DNA of 64,000 nucleotides, taken from NCBI GenBank assembly GCA_010909165.1, contig MU008185.1:1-64000 (forward strand), in the 5' to 3' direction. The translations under genes and the position numbers were made by a program. Source of the stretch: Anthoceros angustus (lineage: Eukaryota > Plantae > Anthocerotophyta). This document shows, piece after piece, positions 62,404-64,000 of the stretch. Numbering within the stretch: position 1 is the stretch's first letter; every line of letters starts with the position of its first letter. A model generated the notes under the pieces. That model searched no databases and was not told the origin of the DNA. It saw only the letters and a list, made by a program, of their open reading frames with translations.

Positions 62404-63768
62404 ATGGCTCCTAAAAGAAAACCCTTTGGGCTCTGGGCGGAAGAAAACAAGGATCTCTGGCTGAAGTTATGGCTAAGCCATATACAAGACAAATGTCAAC
62501 CGTTATTCGCAACTCATCCGCTGCAGGATGATGGTAAAGTTGATGGTGTCTTGGTGCACAGCGAAGGAACGTACTTAGTTCCCAAAAAAGACTTGCCCAA
62601 ACCGTCAAGGCGATTTTCATCCAAGAAGGATGCTCGACGTGCAGCTGAGTTTGTTCAGAAGAGGAGAAGGGTGGACACTCGACCTGTGGCTTTGGTTGAA
62701 GGTCCTCTTGCAGAGATTACTAACTATGTCCCGGTCCGAGAGAGGGGTCCGGTTTGTGGGGAGAATGATTTCTTGATAAGCGATCCCATGGTTGTGAGTC
62801 GCCAAAACTGGAGTCTAGAGATTTGTGTCTGCCGTTGAGCAGAATGCTTTACAGGCCGGGCGCTTCCATGCCTTGTGGTTCGACCACAGGTCATCCACGA
62901 TCAAGAAGTGCTTGATATGTTTTGAGAGGCTAAAGTGTGATGATCCAAGATGACTTTGCCATGGGTATGGAGGAAATTGATGATGAAGCAATTTTGAGGT
63001 GATTTTGACCCAATAGTCCCGAGGGAGCCGTGAATGATGCTTTGAGTGGTGGGAGGATAGGTCCAAAGCGGAATAAGCGGTGTCAAGTCGTCTCGGGCCT
63101 TTATGAAAGTGAGTATGAGGATATTCCTCACAAGGATCTAAATCTTATTCGATATCCTTTTTCCATCAAGTTCGAATCAAGGACAGGAGATTTTCTCCAG
63201 AAACGTAAGTAGTGATGTTTTTTGACTTGTTGATTTTGATAGTTCTGACTTTCATTCACATGATTGATTCTCTCTTGTGCAGGTTGATGTCTTTCTTTCG
63301 TGGTTTTAACCGAATTTTAACAAGGAAGTGCATCTTGAACCAAAGCCGGCTTGGTTCTGATGTTCGATGATCAACATGTTTCATGGAATTTTCCATGGGT
63401 CCTGTGCCTTGGTTGCCCATGAAAATCGGCAAGGACCTTGGGATTGTGTCATGTCGAAAAGAGGTGAAGTTGATTTCGATGATGAGCGATTCTTTCACAC
63501 GAGATCATCAATGCTCATTTGGGCGGGGGCTCAAAAAGGTAATATTGTTGGTTTAGGGGTGCACTTTGATTGTTCATTTATGGTTTTAAACACGGAGGCC
63601 TTATGCCTCTATTGTTTGCGGTGTGCATATTTTTGCATGACCAGTTTGGAGTTCGAGGTGGTGAAGAGTTACATAACGCTCATCGTGGACTTCTCGTTCT
63701 CGGATTCGAGGACCTTTTGTTCGAGATGTTTTGGTTGTTTTGTTCATTGTATCTTTGACGCGTTTTGA
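62404..63768 (+). CDS. Hypothetical protein (basic NLS-like N-terminus, Cys-containing segments); probably two exons
   Basis: MAPKRKPFGLW...KKDARRAAEFVQKRRRV is open for ~145 codons; intron-like GTAAGT...TGCAG at ~63204-63282; further open frame 63367-63768. Confidence 0.4.
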
Positions 63769-64000
63769 TGTTTTTGTATTAAGCTCGCTTTTATTTGCGG
63801 TGTATCAAGAACGGCTTTCAAAAAATTATAAAGTGGACATGAAGAATTACCGAGTGAGCATTTAGTCAAAGGTCAAGATTTAGAAGGATGTTATCGAAAC
63901 TTTTAGAGTCATTATTGAACACTCTCCCAAGTGGTCAAGCGACAAAAATCATCAATTCGGGGTTTTGTTCAATTCAACAATTGATAACCCAAGATCAAAT

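Noticed and set aside
1-64000. Treating pervasive frameshifts as pseudogenisation or programmed frameshifting
   Set aside because: Indels differ at random between otherwise near-identical copies, which is typical of noisy long-read consensus; needs polishing before interpretation.

Overview
Repeat-dense eukaryotic DNA, almost certainly a land plant. Plant-type F-box and DNA polymerase alpha sequences and very short GT-AG introns would fit a lycophyte such as Selaginella, but that is inference. Repeat copies differ mostly by 1-3 bp indels, which looks like an unpolished long-read consensus, so frameshifts are not proof of pseudogenes. Layout: (1) 244-12018, a complete CACTA/En-Spm transposon (30-bp TIRs, AAA TSD) with a Tnp2 transposase (+) and a captured, intron-containing, 3'-truncated DNA polymerase alpha gene (-). 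(2) It is inserted into a ~3.8-kb tandem array (1-29766) whose unit pairs an F-box gene (-) with a Ty3/gypsy integrase fragment (+). (3) 34330-47615, a complete LTR retroelement (TGTGG...CCACA, TAAAG TSD, PBS, PPT) with ~6-kb LTRs and only 1.3 kb of internal sequence; its gag-like ORF appears to run through the PPT into the LTR. (4) 29767-61750, three homologous cassettes sharing an ACCTTGGCCTTCG repeat array, a TATA/telo-box promoter and a GC-rich hairpin end, each with a different cargo gene (two look Ulp1-like). No rRNA, tRNA or CRISPR is seen. Most ORF-track entries are shadows of these elements.
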